From positions 3,872,001-3,936,000 of the forward strand of contig OZ245015.1 of assembly GCA_965223705.1 (NCBI GenBank): a DNA stretch of 64,000 bases, given 5' to 3'. Source of the stretch: Myxococcota bacterium (lineage in GTDB: Bacteria; Myxococcota_A; UBA9160; UBA6930). Of this stretch, positions 50,847 to 59,431 are shown one piece after another (within the stretch, counting starts at the first letter, position 1; the number at the start of each line of letters is the position of its first letter). A program made the position numbers and the translations under genes. Under the pieces are notes generated by a model, which did no database searches, was not told the DNA's origin, and saw only the letters and a list, made by a program, of their open reading frames with translations.

Positions 50847-51548
50847 ATGGGAGAGCTCGGCGAAGCGTTCCGAGTCGCGTGGTCCCTCCTCGCGACGGGC
50901 GACCCCGAGCTCGTCGAGATCGTCCTTCTCTCGCTGCGTGTGAGTGCGGCGGCGCTTGTCGTCGCTTCCGCCATCGCCTTGCCCATCGGAGCCCTGCTCG
51001 GCGCGACTCGCTTCGCCGGACGACGCGCTTGCATCATTGTCCTGAACGCCTTGCTCGGTCTCCCCCCTGTTGTCGTCGGTTTGCTCGTCTACCTCGTCGT
51101 TTCCCGCTCGGGGCCGCTGGGCTCCCTCGGGCTTCTATTCACACCCACGGCCATGGTGATCGCACAGGTCGTACTCGTCACTCCCGTCATCGCCGCCGTC
51201 AGCCGTCAGACCATCGAAGATCTTTTTGAGGAGTACGAAGAACAACTGCAGTCGCTGTGCGTCGGTCCCGTCCGGAGGATCGGCACGCTGCTCTTCGAAG
51301 CGCGCTTCCGATTGATCACCGCACTTCTCGCCGGCTTGGGACGCGCGGTGTCCGAGGTGGGCGCGGTAATGATCGTCGGAGGAAACATCGCGCACTTGAC
51401 GCGCGTGATGACGACGGCCATTGCCCTCGAAACGAGCCGCGGCGACCTCGCCATGGCGTTGGCCCTCGGCGTGATTCTGATCCTGATCTCCGTGGGACTG
51501 AACGCCTCGGCCCAGGGCATCCAAATGGCGGTGCAGCGTGCCGACTGA
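50847..51548 (+). CDS. tungstate ABC transporter permease (TupB-like)
   Basis: GLPPVVVGL, SRSGPLG.LGLLFT, SEVGA...VGGNI...TR.MTTAI.LET. Confidence 0.88.
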   Translation: MGELGEAFRVAWSLLATGDPELVEIVLLSLRVSAAALVVASAIALPIGALLGATRFAGRRACIIVLNALLGLPPVVVGLLVYLVVSRSGPLGSLGLLFTPTAMVIAQVVLVTPVIAAVSRQTIEDLFEEYEEQLQSLCVGPVRRIGTLLFEARFRLITALLAGLGRAVSEVGAVMIVGGNIAHLTRVMTTAIALETSRGDLAMALALGVILILISVGLNASAQGIQMAVQRAD

Positions 51549-51720
51549 ACGGATCCCGCCGCTCGAACCCGACGTGCCGACTGAACGGATCCCGCCGCTC
51601 GAACCCGACGTGCCGACTGAACGGATCCCGCCGCTCGAACCCGACGTGCCGACTGAACGGATCCCGCCGCTCGAACCCGACGTGCCGAACGAGCGGATTC
51701 TCCCACTCGAGCTGCACGAC
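51538..51720 (+). repeat. 36-bp tandem repeat (4 identical units plus 1 degenerate)
   Basis: GTGCCGACTGAACGGATCCCGCCGCTCGAACCCGAC at 51538, 51574, 51610 and 51646; diverged copy from 51682. Confidence 0.95.
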
Positions 51721-52404
51721 GTCGGTGTCGTGCGCGGAAGCTCCTTGCTCCTCGACGTACCCAACGTGCGCTTGGCAGCCGGTGGACCGACGCTGATCCT
51801 CGGGCCGAACGGCGCGGGCAAGAGCCTCCTGCTGCGGGTTTGTCACGGTCTTCTCACGCCCGACCGCGGGCGCGTCGTCTGGCACGGCCGCCTGGCGAAC
51901 GAGGCCGCACTTCACCAGGCGATGGTTCTCCAGCGACCGGTCCTCCTCCGTCGAAGCGTCGCGGCCAACCTCGACTATGCCCTGCGCGTTCGGGGCACTC
52001 CGAAGAGCGAGCGGATGTCGAAAACCGAAGAAGTTCTCACCGCGACAGGCCTCCTCGCACTGGCGGATCGAAGCGCGCGATCGCTGTCTGTAGGCGAACA
52101 GCAACGCCTCGCTCTCGCTCGCGCTTGGGCCCTCGATCCGGAGGTGTTGTTCCTCGACGAACCCACGGCTTCCGTCGACCCGGGCGCCGCGCATCGGTTG
52201 GAGCAGGCGATCCGGGCGATTTCGGCCGGTGGCACGAAGATCGTCATGAGCTGCCACGACCTGCGCCTGGCCGAGCGGATTGCGAGCGAGGTTCTTTTCC
52301 TTCACCGGGGACGCCTGTTGGAGGTCCGCACGGGACGTGACTTCTTTGGGGGCACGAGTTCTCCTGAGGCGCAAGCATTCCTCCGGGGCGAGCTCAGCTG
52401 GTAG
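51538..52404 (+). CDS. tungstate ABC transporter ATP-binding protein (TupC-like) with repeat-extended N-terminus
   Basis: GPNGAGKS, LSVGEQQR, LDEPT, H-loop; start could be any repeat GTG up to 51682. Confidence 0.85.
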   Translation: MPTERIPPLEPDVPTERIPPLEPDVPTERIPPLEPDVPTERIPPLEPDVPNERILPLELHDVGVVRGSSLLLDVPNVRLAAGGPTLILGPNGAGKSLLLRVCHGLLTPDRGRVVWHGRLANEAALHQAMVLQRPVLLRRSVAANLDYALRVRGTPKSERMSKTEEVLTATGLLALADRSARSLSVGEQQRLALARAWALDPEVLFLDEPTASVDPGAAHRLEQAIRAISAGGTKIVMSCHDLRLAERIASEVLFLHRGRLLEVRTGRDFFGGTSSPEAQAFLRGELSW

Positions 52405-52449
52405 CTCGCCCGTCTCAACCGTTTTTTGGCGGGCGCCGATACAGGCGGC

Positions 52450-52974
52450 ATGGCCCTCTCCCTAAAGAAGACCGCGCAAGCGTTCGCTTTGACCCTCGGC
52501 GCCCTCGCTTGCGCAGGGGGGCCTTCGACCACAGCGGACCGGGCCGCGACGAACGCTTCCCGGCTCGTCGCCGAGCAACGGCATGTCGAAGCGATCCGGG
52601 AACTCTCGATCGCCAGCCGGTATGAACCCGACCCCGATCGCTTGATGGAACTGGCAGAACTCCTTCTCGAAGCCGGACAAACGCGACGCGCTGCGCAGGC
52701 ACTCGGGCGCGCGACAGAGCTCGCGCCCGAGCGCGTGGATCTCTGGATTCGCCTCGGCGACGTCGAGGAGATCGGGCAGCGCTACGAGAGCGCCTTCCGC
52801 GCGTTGGGCCACGCCCTGGAACTCGAGCCCAACCGGATCGAGATCGCGAAACGGCGCGACATGCTTCAGGACCGCATCCAAGCGATTGAGCGAGCTCGGA
52901 AAGCGGCGGGAAACAACGAGATCCCGTGGCGCCCGCCCGTAGCAACGGAGCGCCCCCGCACCGGAGCCGACTAG
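52450..52974 (+). CDS. TPR-repeat lipoprotein
   Basis: Lipobox ALAC; TPR-like A..L.P helical repeats. Confidence 0.7.
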   Translation: MALSLKKTAQAFALTLGALACAGGPSTTADRAATNASRLVAEQRHVEAIRELSIASRYEPDPDRLMELAELLLEAGQTRRAAQALGRATELAPERVDLWIRLGDVEEIGQRYESAFRALGHALELEPNRIEIAKRRDMLQDRIQAIERARKAAGNNEIPWRPPVATERPRTGAD

Positions 52975-54161
52975 TGCCGGATCAACATCGGGTTGCGCGC
53001 GAGATCCTTGGTCAGGTTCTTGTGATGCGCTTCGAGGGTCCCGCCGCCGATCTCGATCAGCTTCGCGTCACGCCACAGCCGTTCGACGACGTACTCTCCC
53101 ATGTACCCGTTACCGCCCTGAACCTGAATCGCCGCGTCGGCGGCGCGTTTCGCCGCTTGGGAAGCGAAAAGCTTCGCGGCGTCAGCATCCACGCGTTGCC
53201 CGGTCGAACGAAGATCGATGCGGCGCGCGGTATCGTAGATCAGCACCCGCGCAGCCCGATATTCCGCAAAGCTCTCGGCGATGTGGCGCTGGATCTGCCC
53301 GTGCTCGCGGATCGGCACACCGAACGCTTTGCGCTCGCCCGAATAGTCGAGCATGACCTCGATGCAACGTTGCGCGATTCCCGACGACATCGCGGCGAGG
53401 GTCAGCCGCTCGATCTCGAGGTTCCGCATCATTTGCAGCGTGCCCGCGCCTTCCTCCCCGAGTCGGTTCTCTTCGGGGACGCGTACGCCGTCGAAGACGA
53501 GCTCGGTCGTGTACGAGGCGCGCATGCCGAGCTTGTCCTTCCATTTTTGTCCGAGACGAAAACCGTCCATGCCCTTCTCGACGAGGAAGCTCGAAATCTG
53601 CCGTTCCCCGGTCGCGGCGTAGACGATCATGACGTCGCCCAAGGTGTTCTCGTCGATGCCCCCGTTCGTGATGAAGGTCTTCGTACCGTCGAGGACGTAT
53701 TCCGCTCCGTCGCGCCGCGCCCGGGTCCGCATCGCGAGCACGTCGGTGCCGACGCCCGGCTCCGTCATGCACAAGCCGCCGATGCGCTTTCCCGACGCCA
53801 TCTCGGGGAGGATGCGCTTGCACTGGAGCTCGTTGCCGTTGACGGCCAGGTTCTGGGCGAACAGGATCGCGTGGGCGAGCACCGACAACGCGAACGCGGG
53901 ATCCGACGTGGAAAGCGCTTCGGCGACTTGCACCGCGGCCGTCGCATCGAGTCCCGAGCCTCCGTACTCCTCGGGGAGTGTGACGCCCAAGAACCCCAAG
54001 TCGCCGGCTCGCTGGAACAATGCGAAGTTGAACCGCTCGTCCCGATTGAATTCCGTCGCCTGGGGCTCGACCTCTCGGCTCACGAACTCGCGGAGGGTCC
54101 CGGCGAGCATCTCGTGTTCCGGAGTCGGAGCGACCAGGTTGAGATCGGCTATTGCGGACAT
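52971..54161 (-). CDS. acyl-CoA dehydrogenase (isovaleryl-CoA dehydrogenase-like)
   Basis: MTEPG.GTD, GTKTFITNG, KLGMRAS, RDAKL.EIGGGT. Confidence 0.9.
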   Translation of the reverse strand: MSAIADLNLVAPTPEHEMLAGTLREFVSREVEPQATEFNRDERFNFALFQRAGDLGFLGVTLPEEYGGSGLDATAAVQVAEALSTSDPAFALSVLAHAILFAQNLAVNGNELQCKRILPEMASGKRIGGLCMTEPGVGTDVLAMRTRARRDGAEYVLDGTKTFITNGGIDENTLGDVMIVYAATGERQISSFLVEKGMDGFRLGQKWKDKLGMRASYTTELVFDGVRVPEENRLGEEGAGTLQMMRNLEIERLTLAAMSSGIAQRCIEVMLDYSGERKAFGVPIREHGQIQRHIAESFAEYRAARVLIYDTARRIDLRSTGQRVDADAAKLFASQAAKRAADAAIQVQGGNGYMGEYVVERLWRDAKLIEIGGGTLEAHHKNLTKDLARNPMLIRH

Positions 54162-54199
54162 CGGATCCTCCCGGAATGGGTCGCTCCGAGGATAGCCGG

Positions 54200-55459
54200 A
54201 TGACTGACGTGCGCCGGCTCCCCAAGAATGTCCTGGTTTTAACAAAGACCGCCCGATTGGGCGGCGCGGAACGCGTTCTCATGAACGCACTTCCGTACCT
54301 CGACCGGGAGCGCTTTTACTATCGCTTTGCTGGACTCGACGACGTCGGTCCGCTCGCCGACGCTGTCCGCGCCGCGGGTTTTCGGTTCACTCGGTTGCCG
54401 ACCACCTCGCCCCTCGCTCCGCGCAACTACAGCGCCTTGCGGCGGCTCGTCCGCAGCGCGTCGGTCGACTTGGTGCACGCGCACTTGCCGCTCACAGGTT
54501 GTCTCGCCCGAACGGCGCTGCGCGGTTTGGTCCCGGTGATCTACAGCGAGCACAATCTGCAGGACAGCTACCACACCGCGTCGCGCTGGCTCAACGCCCG
54601 GACCTATCGCTGGCAGGAACGCGTGATCGCGGTGTCCTCCGAAGTTGGGCGTAACGCTGCGAAACGGATCGGAAGAAGCGCCGAGGAACGGCTCCGCGTC
54701 GTTCCGAACGGCGTGGACTTCGACCGTTTGGATCGCGAAGCCGACGCGCGACCGAACCCACCGCTCGGTGACGACTCGGGTGCTCTCCGGATTCTCGTCC
54801 CGGGCACGCTCGCGAAGCGCAAGGGACAGGACATCCTGCTCGACGCGATCGCCGAACTTTCCGCGACCCGAGATTTCGCGTTCGAGGTGTGGCTCGCCGG
54901 AGATGGTCCGCTTCAATCGGAGCTGCGTCGCCGTTGCGATCTGGACACGGCGACGTTTCGATCGATTCGTTTTCTCGGAAGAAGAAGCGACGTGTTCGCA
55001 TTGATGAAGGCGGCGGATTTGATCGTCCTACCGTCTCGCTACGAAGGCCACCCCCTGGCACTCCTCGAAGCCATGGCCCTCGGCAAGGCGTGCCTAGCGA
55101 CCCGAGTCGGCGGTGTCCCCGAGATCATCACATCGGGCCGAAACGGCTGGTTGGTCGCACCCAAATGTCCGAGTGAGATCGCTGAAGCGTTGCGCCAACT
55201 CGGCGGGGACGCCGCACTCCGCCGGCGACTCGGCGCAGCTGCTGCGCAAGACGTGCGGCGGCGCTTCGATATCCGCGTCGCGGTCCGCGCTTGGGAAGAT
55301 GTCTACGAAGAGGTGCTGTGCGAGACGGCGCTCAAAGCTCAGCCAAGGTTTGCTCGACGAAACTCGCGATCGCTCGACGGTGCTCTGCCGACGTATCCGC
55401 GAACACGAGCCCCAGGTCCGGCACCAACTGGTAGGACGTCTCCGCGTGGGTCTGAATAG
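54200..55459 (+). CDS. glycosyltransferase family 4
   Basis: GGAER, DLVHAH, KGQDIL, PSRYEG.PL.LLEAMA. Confidence 0.88.
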   Translation: MTDVRRLPKNVLVLTKTARLGGAERVLMNALPYLDRERFYYRFAGLDDVGPLADAVRAAGFRFTRLPTTSPLAPRNYSALRRLVRSASVDLVHAHLPLTGCLARTALRGLVPVIYSEHNLQDSYHTASRWLNARTYRWQERVIAVSSEVGRNAAKRIGRSAEERLRVVPNGVDFDRLDREADARPNPPLGDDSGALRILVPGTLAKRKGQDILLDAIAELSATRDFAFEVWLAGDGPLQSELRRRCDLDTATFRSIRFLGRRSDVFALMKAADLIVLPSRYEGHPLALLEAMALGKACLATRVGGVPEIITSGRNGWLVAPKCPSEIAEALRQLGGDAALRRRLGAAAAQDVRRRFDIRVAVRAWEDVYEEVLCETALKAQPRFARRNSRSLDGALPTYPRTRAPGPAPTGRTSPRGSE

Positions 55460-55976
55460 TCCCGACCTGCGGAAGTTCAAAGGAAAGATCGACCTCGCTT
55501 CCGAGGTGGAGCGGTTCCGGGCTCCGCAACAGACACCCGTTTTCCGAGAGCGATAGGACCGAAGCATTCCACTCGCGGCTGTCGGCGCGGCACGTCGCCG
55601 GGAGGTAGGTAGGTACCCGCGGCGTCGCCCGCGGGACGTCCTCGAGCGCGAGCTGGATCAAGCGGAACAACTCGTGAAGGCCGGCCGGACGTCGAACCGC
55701 GCCGATAAAGCGGGGGTCCCCTCCGTCGACTCCCTGGCGTCCGGTGAGAGCGATTGTCGGTACCCCGTCTCCAGCCGCTTCGAGCTCGTCCATGCGCCGT
55801 TCGTCGATGATCCGCAGATCCGGTCGGGCGGCGTGATCGGCCTCCCGTAGAGAACGCCATTCCTCCTCGTTGAGGATCGAGTACCCCATCTTCGAGAGGA
55901 TCGCGCGGGTCAGCGGAACGTACGCGTCTTCTCGCGCGTAGGACAAAATGAGGCGCCTGGGGCCCTGGGATTCCAT
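55332..55976 (-). CDS. atypical receiver-like domain plus PilZ domain protein
   Basis: PDLRIID and PTIALTG receiver-like pattern; RATPR and SLSENG PilZ motifs. Confidence 0.7.
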   Translation of the reverse strand: MESQGPRRLILSYAREDAYVPLTRAILSKMGYSILNEEEWRSLREADHAARPDLRIIDERRMDELEAAGDGVPTIALTGRQGVDGGDPRFIGAVRRPAGLHELFRLIQLALEDVPRATPRVPTYLPATCRADSREWNASVLSLSENGCLLRSPEPLHLGSEVDLSFELPQVGTIQTHAETSYQLVPDLGLVFADTSAEHRRAIASFVEQTLAEL

Positions 55977-56080
55977 GGGGGGTCTATCGGCCGGGGGCAG
56001 GTTGGGATTGAGGCATGCGGCGGCTGCCGGCCACCCGAGATGCGCAACTAGGGCCCCCATTCTCCCGCTAAGCTTCCACT

Positions 56081-56866
56081 GTGAGTTCGCCTCTCACCGA
56101 CGCGCAGCGGCGAGTCGTCGACGCCGACACCGCCCCGGGCACACGAACCTTCCCCGCCCTCGCCGCTTGGCTCCACGGGAAGCGACCGGCCCTCGAAGCG
56201 CGCCTCGCCGCACGGATCGGACGCGCGCTCGACCCGGGTGCGGTGGAATTCGAAGCCCTGCGCCGGTTCCGCAGTTTCGCCGTGTCCGCGCTGCGGGGCG
56301 TGCCGGCGGAGCCGGCCCTCGACGGTCTTCGCGTGGTGCCCCGGCGCGCTGAGACCTGGATCGACGCTTGGATCGATTCCGCGGTTTTGGAGGCCGGAAG
56401 CGGGGGCGCCACCGTGGGACAACATCTGCGCCCCCTCGGCGCCCGCTTCAAGGAAGCGCTCCAAGGAACATCGCGCGGACGAGCCGCAGCGGGAAGGCCG
56501 CGCTCTTCGAGGCGGTTCGTGACCGCCGCGATCGACCGCATCGCGTTGCCCTTTCTCGCAATCGACCCCGACGACGGCGCCATCCTCGACGCCAATCCCG
56601 CGGCTGCGGCCTTCTTCGAAATCTCGCGAGACGTTCTCGTCGGATCTCCCGTCACACGCTGGCTCGCCATCGGCCAACGAACCTCTGTCGAGGCGGAGCT
56701 CGATGCCATCGCCGAAGGCGGCGAGCAACGTCGTTTCGGATGTGTTGCGGTGACCGAGCGCGGGCGCGAAGCCGCACTCGACGTCCACTTGACGCGTTAC
56801 GTGCGGCGCGGCCGCGTCACTGCTCTGGCGCTCGTGTACGCGAGCCGTCCGGCAAATCGCGGCTGA
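56081..56866 (+). CDS. PAS-domain protein
   Basis: C-terminal ID..DG.ILDANPAA..FF...R..LVG pattern. Confidence 0.65.
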   Translation: MSSPLTDAQRRVVDADTAPGTRTFPALAAWLHGKRPALEARLAARIGRALDPGAVEFEALRRFRSFAVSALRGVPAEPALDGLRVVPRRAETWIDAWIDSAVLEAGSGGATVGQHLRPLGARFKEALQGTSRGRAAAGRPRSSRRFVTAAIDRIALPFLAIDPDDGAILDANPAAAAFFEISRDVLVGSPVTRWLAIGQRTSVEAELDAIAEGGEQRRFGCVAVTERGREAALDVHLTRYVRRGRVTALALVYASRPANRG

Positions 56867-56882
56867 GTATACTCGGCGACCC

Positions 56883-57668
56883 ATGAGCTACGAACGCGAG
56901 TGCAATACGGCCCGAGAGGCCGCCGCCGAAGCCGCGCGCATTCTCCTCGAGCACTACGAGCGCGGCGCGGAGGCTTGGGAGAAAAAGAAGGGAGACCCGG
57001 TCACCCAAGCGGATCTCGATGCCGATGTCGCCATTCGCGACATCTTGCGCGGGGCATTTCCCGACGATGCCATTCTCTCGGAAGAGACTGCCGACGACTC
57101 GTCCCGGCTGACGAAAGCGCGCGTTTGGATCGTCGATCCGATGGACGGCACCAAAGAGTTCACGAATGGTGTGCCGGAGTTCTGCACGTCGATTGCGTTG
57201 GTCGAAGACGGTGAACCCGTCGTCGGCGCCGTCGCGAATCCCGTGCAGAACGTCTCCGTTTGGGCGAGTCGCGGCGATGGAACCTTTCGCGACGGCGAGC
57301 GCGTTCGCGTGACCCGAACCGCCCAGCTCGAGCACGCCCACGTGATCGCGAGCCGCACCGAGATTTCACGCGGTCGATTTGACGAGCACCGCGGTTGGTT
57401 CGCGTCGTTGTCCGCGGTCGGGTCCATCGCTTGGAAGCTCGCATGTGTCGCGTCGGGAGAAGCAGATCTCAATGTGTCCTTCGCGCCCAAAAACGAATGG
57501 GATGTCTGTGCCGGGGATCTGCTCGTACGCGAGGCCGGAGGCGTCTACATGGCATTCGACGGGACGCTCCGCGCCTACAACCAGCGCGACCCACTCCTCG
57601 AGTCCCACATGGTCGCCGGGTGGGAAGAACTCGTTCGCGCTTTCTGCGAACGCGAGAACCGTTCCTAG
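56883..57668 (+). CDS. inositol monophosphatase family protein (CysQ-like)
   Basis: LSEE, WIVDPMDGTKEF, WDVCAG. Confidence 0.88.
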   Translation: MSYERECNTAREAAAEAARILLEHYERGAEAWEKKKGDPVTQADLDADVAIRDILRGAFPDDAILSEETADDSSRLTKARVWIVDPMDGTKEFTNGVPEFCTSIALVEDGEPVVGAVANPVQNVSVWASRGDGTFRDGERVRVTRTAQLEHAHVIASRTEISRGRFDEHRGWFASLSAVGSIAWKLACVASGEADLNVSFAPKNEWDVCAGDLLVREAGGVYMAFDGTLRAYNQRDPLLESHMVAGWEELVRAFCERENRS

Positions 57669-58564
57669 TGTCGTGTGCGGCGGCTCCACAACGTGTGGAA
57701 AACGTGCAGACTGCTCCAGAACAAGTAGATCGGAGGTGCCAGCACCACCGCGTGCCACCCGCGAAGCGCGTCGACCGAGCCGAGAGCTCCGACAAGCAGC
57801 ACCGGGAGGCCGTGAGGAATGCCCACGCGAAGGGCGAGGCCGTGCCAACCGCCCCTTCGCCAGGAGCGCTCTGCGGAAACCAGGGCCCAAGAAAACACGT
57901 GGTACAAGGTCACCATCGCGAACGCTTCCGCGAATCGAAACCGGCTGCCGATCGCTTCCGCCCAGCACAGGACCACCAACGCGGTGGCGGCGGAACACGT
58001 CGATGCGCCGCTGCATCGCGCGAGAGCGACACAGGCGATGCCGATCCCTTGAAACCACCACGCCGGCGCAGCCGAACCCGGCCACGATGCGACGCCGAGT
58101 GCCTCGACAGCGCCCGCGGCCTGAAAAGCGACAAGAGCTGCGGCAAACCACGCGCCGTCGATCGCAAGGCCCGCTCGATCCGGCGAGAATCTGCTGATGT
58201 GGCCGCGCGCATAGAGACCGCTGAGGCCCCGGTCGTTTTCGATGCTGTGCCAGGTCGAAACGAACAACAGCCCGAGCCCGACCGCCGGTGCCGCACGCAC
58301 GGCTGTCGCGTACAAGACGAACGCCTCCGCGAGAACCAACACCGCAGCGCCGGTACGCCAGGGGGAGGCCCGCCACATCCGGATGGAACCGGTTCGCAAA
58401 GCGGCGCCGAGGAGGTGGCCGTAGCCGAGGACGAAGACGATGCGGTAGAGCAGCGCGTCGGCCCGGCCGGCCTCCGGGACCGCGTGGTTCGCCACGGCGA
58501 GCACGCCCAAAGAGAGCGCTGCGGCGGAGACCCGATTCGCGTTGGCAGCCCTAGCCGGTGACAT
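57665..58564 (-). CDS. polytopic membrane protein with intramembrane His motifs
   Basis: ATG at 58564 overlaps the CPBP stop; TM segments carry GYGH, WHSIEND, LYH and LHVFH. Confidence 0.55.
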   Translation of the reverse strand: MSPARAANANRVSAAALSLGVLAVANHAVPEAGRADALLYRIVFVLGYGHLLGAALRTGSIRMWRASPWRTGAAVLVLAEAFVLYATAVRAAPAVGLGLLFVSTWHSIENDRGLSGLYARGHISRFSPDRAGLAIDGAWFAAALVAFQAAGAVEALGVASWPGSAAPAWWFQGIGIACVALARCSGASTCSAATALVVLCWAEAIGSRFRFAEAFAMVTLYHVFSWALVSAERSWRRGGWHGLALRVGIPHGLPVLLVGALGSVDALRGWHAVVLAPPIYLFWSSLHVFHTLWSRRTRH

Positions 58565-59162
58565 AGGCACCGACGCGGGGCCAGAGGGACGCGCCCAGAT
58601 TGAAGCCGCAATGGACGCCAACGCAGACCCCGAGATCTCGGCACCGATGCTTGACCACAGCGAGGAGACAACCCACGACAAAACTCGCTGCCACCCGGCA
58701 GGGTTCTACGTGTGGAACGGCGAAGAGGAGACTCGTCCCCACCACGGCTGCGGCGGCGCTCATCCGCTTCGACCAGGCATCGAAAAGGCGACCCCGGTAG
58801 AGACATTCCTCGAACAGCGGGGCGAGAAACCAGGCGCACAGGGCGCTCATCGCCGTGAGTTCCGTGGGTTCGATGCTCGGGCATGTCCATTCTGCCCACC
58901 GAAAACAAGAGGCGATCGCGAAGACCCACAACGGGTACGTCAGGAACGCGAAGCTCGCAGCCGAGAGCACCGCTTGGGCGCATCGGCCGGGTCGCTTGCG
59001 TTGGCGGGGAACCTCGCGGAGAAGCCACGCCGCACCGCCGGCGAGACCGACACCCGTGGCAAACATCGGCGGCAACCATACGGAGACGAGCGCCGTGATC
59101 GACAAGCACAACCAACCGCCGGCGAGAAGTGCCAGGGGCGGCCCCGCTCGCAACGCGATCAC
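58551..59162 (-). CDS. CPBP/CAAX (Abi) intramembrane glutamic protease
   Basis: EECLYRG, FAVPH and VHCGFN motifs; GTGA overlap with the upstream small ORF. Confidence 0.85.
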   Translation of the reverse strand: MIALRAGPPLALLAGGWLCLSITALVSVWLPPMFATGVGLAGGAAWLLREVPRQRKRPGRCAQAVLSAASFAFLTYPLWVFAIASCFRWAEWTCPSIEPTELTAMSALCAWFLAPLFEECLYRGRLFDAWSKRMSAAAAVVGTSLLFAVPHVEPCRVAASFVVGCLLAVVKHRCRDLGVCVGVHCGFNLGASLWPRVGAYVTG

Positions 59163-59431
59163 GGCGCGTCTCCGCGGAGCGCCGCGGTCGCGCGCTCCCA
59201 ACGGCCCCCGCTGTAGAAGGCGCCCGCGACGGCGACCGAAACCACGCCGACCACAAACTTTGCCCACCAGCCAACGGTGCCGGGAGCTTCGACTCCGTTG
59301 AGACAACTCCACAAACCGACGACTCCGGACAACAGAAGAACGGGAGCGACGCCCATCTTCACCGCGCCCCGTTCGAAGTCGGCGCTGCGAGCGAGGGAGA
59401 CCGAACGAGCGGTGCCATGGTTACGCGCCAT
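59159..59431 (-). CDS. small two-TM protein, candidate immunity or accessory protein
   Basis: Overlaps both the RHS stop and the CPBP start; two hydrophobic segments. Confidence 0.5.
   Translation of the reverse strand: MARNHGTARSVSLARSADFERGAVKMGVAPVLLLSGVVGLWSCLNGVEAPGTVGWWAKFVVGVVSVAVAGAFYSGGRWERATAALRGDAP

Noticed and set aside
51538..51720. 36-bp repeats as a CRISPR array
   Set aside because: Units are head-to-tail with no spacers, lie in frame in a CDS, and no cas genes are present
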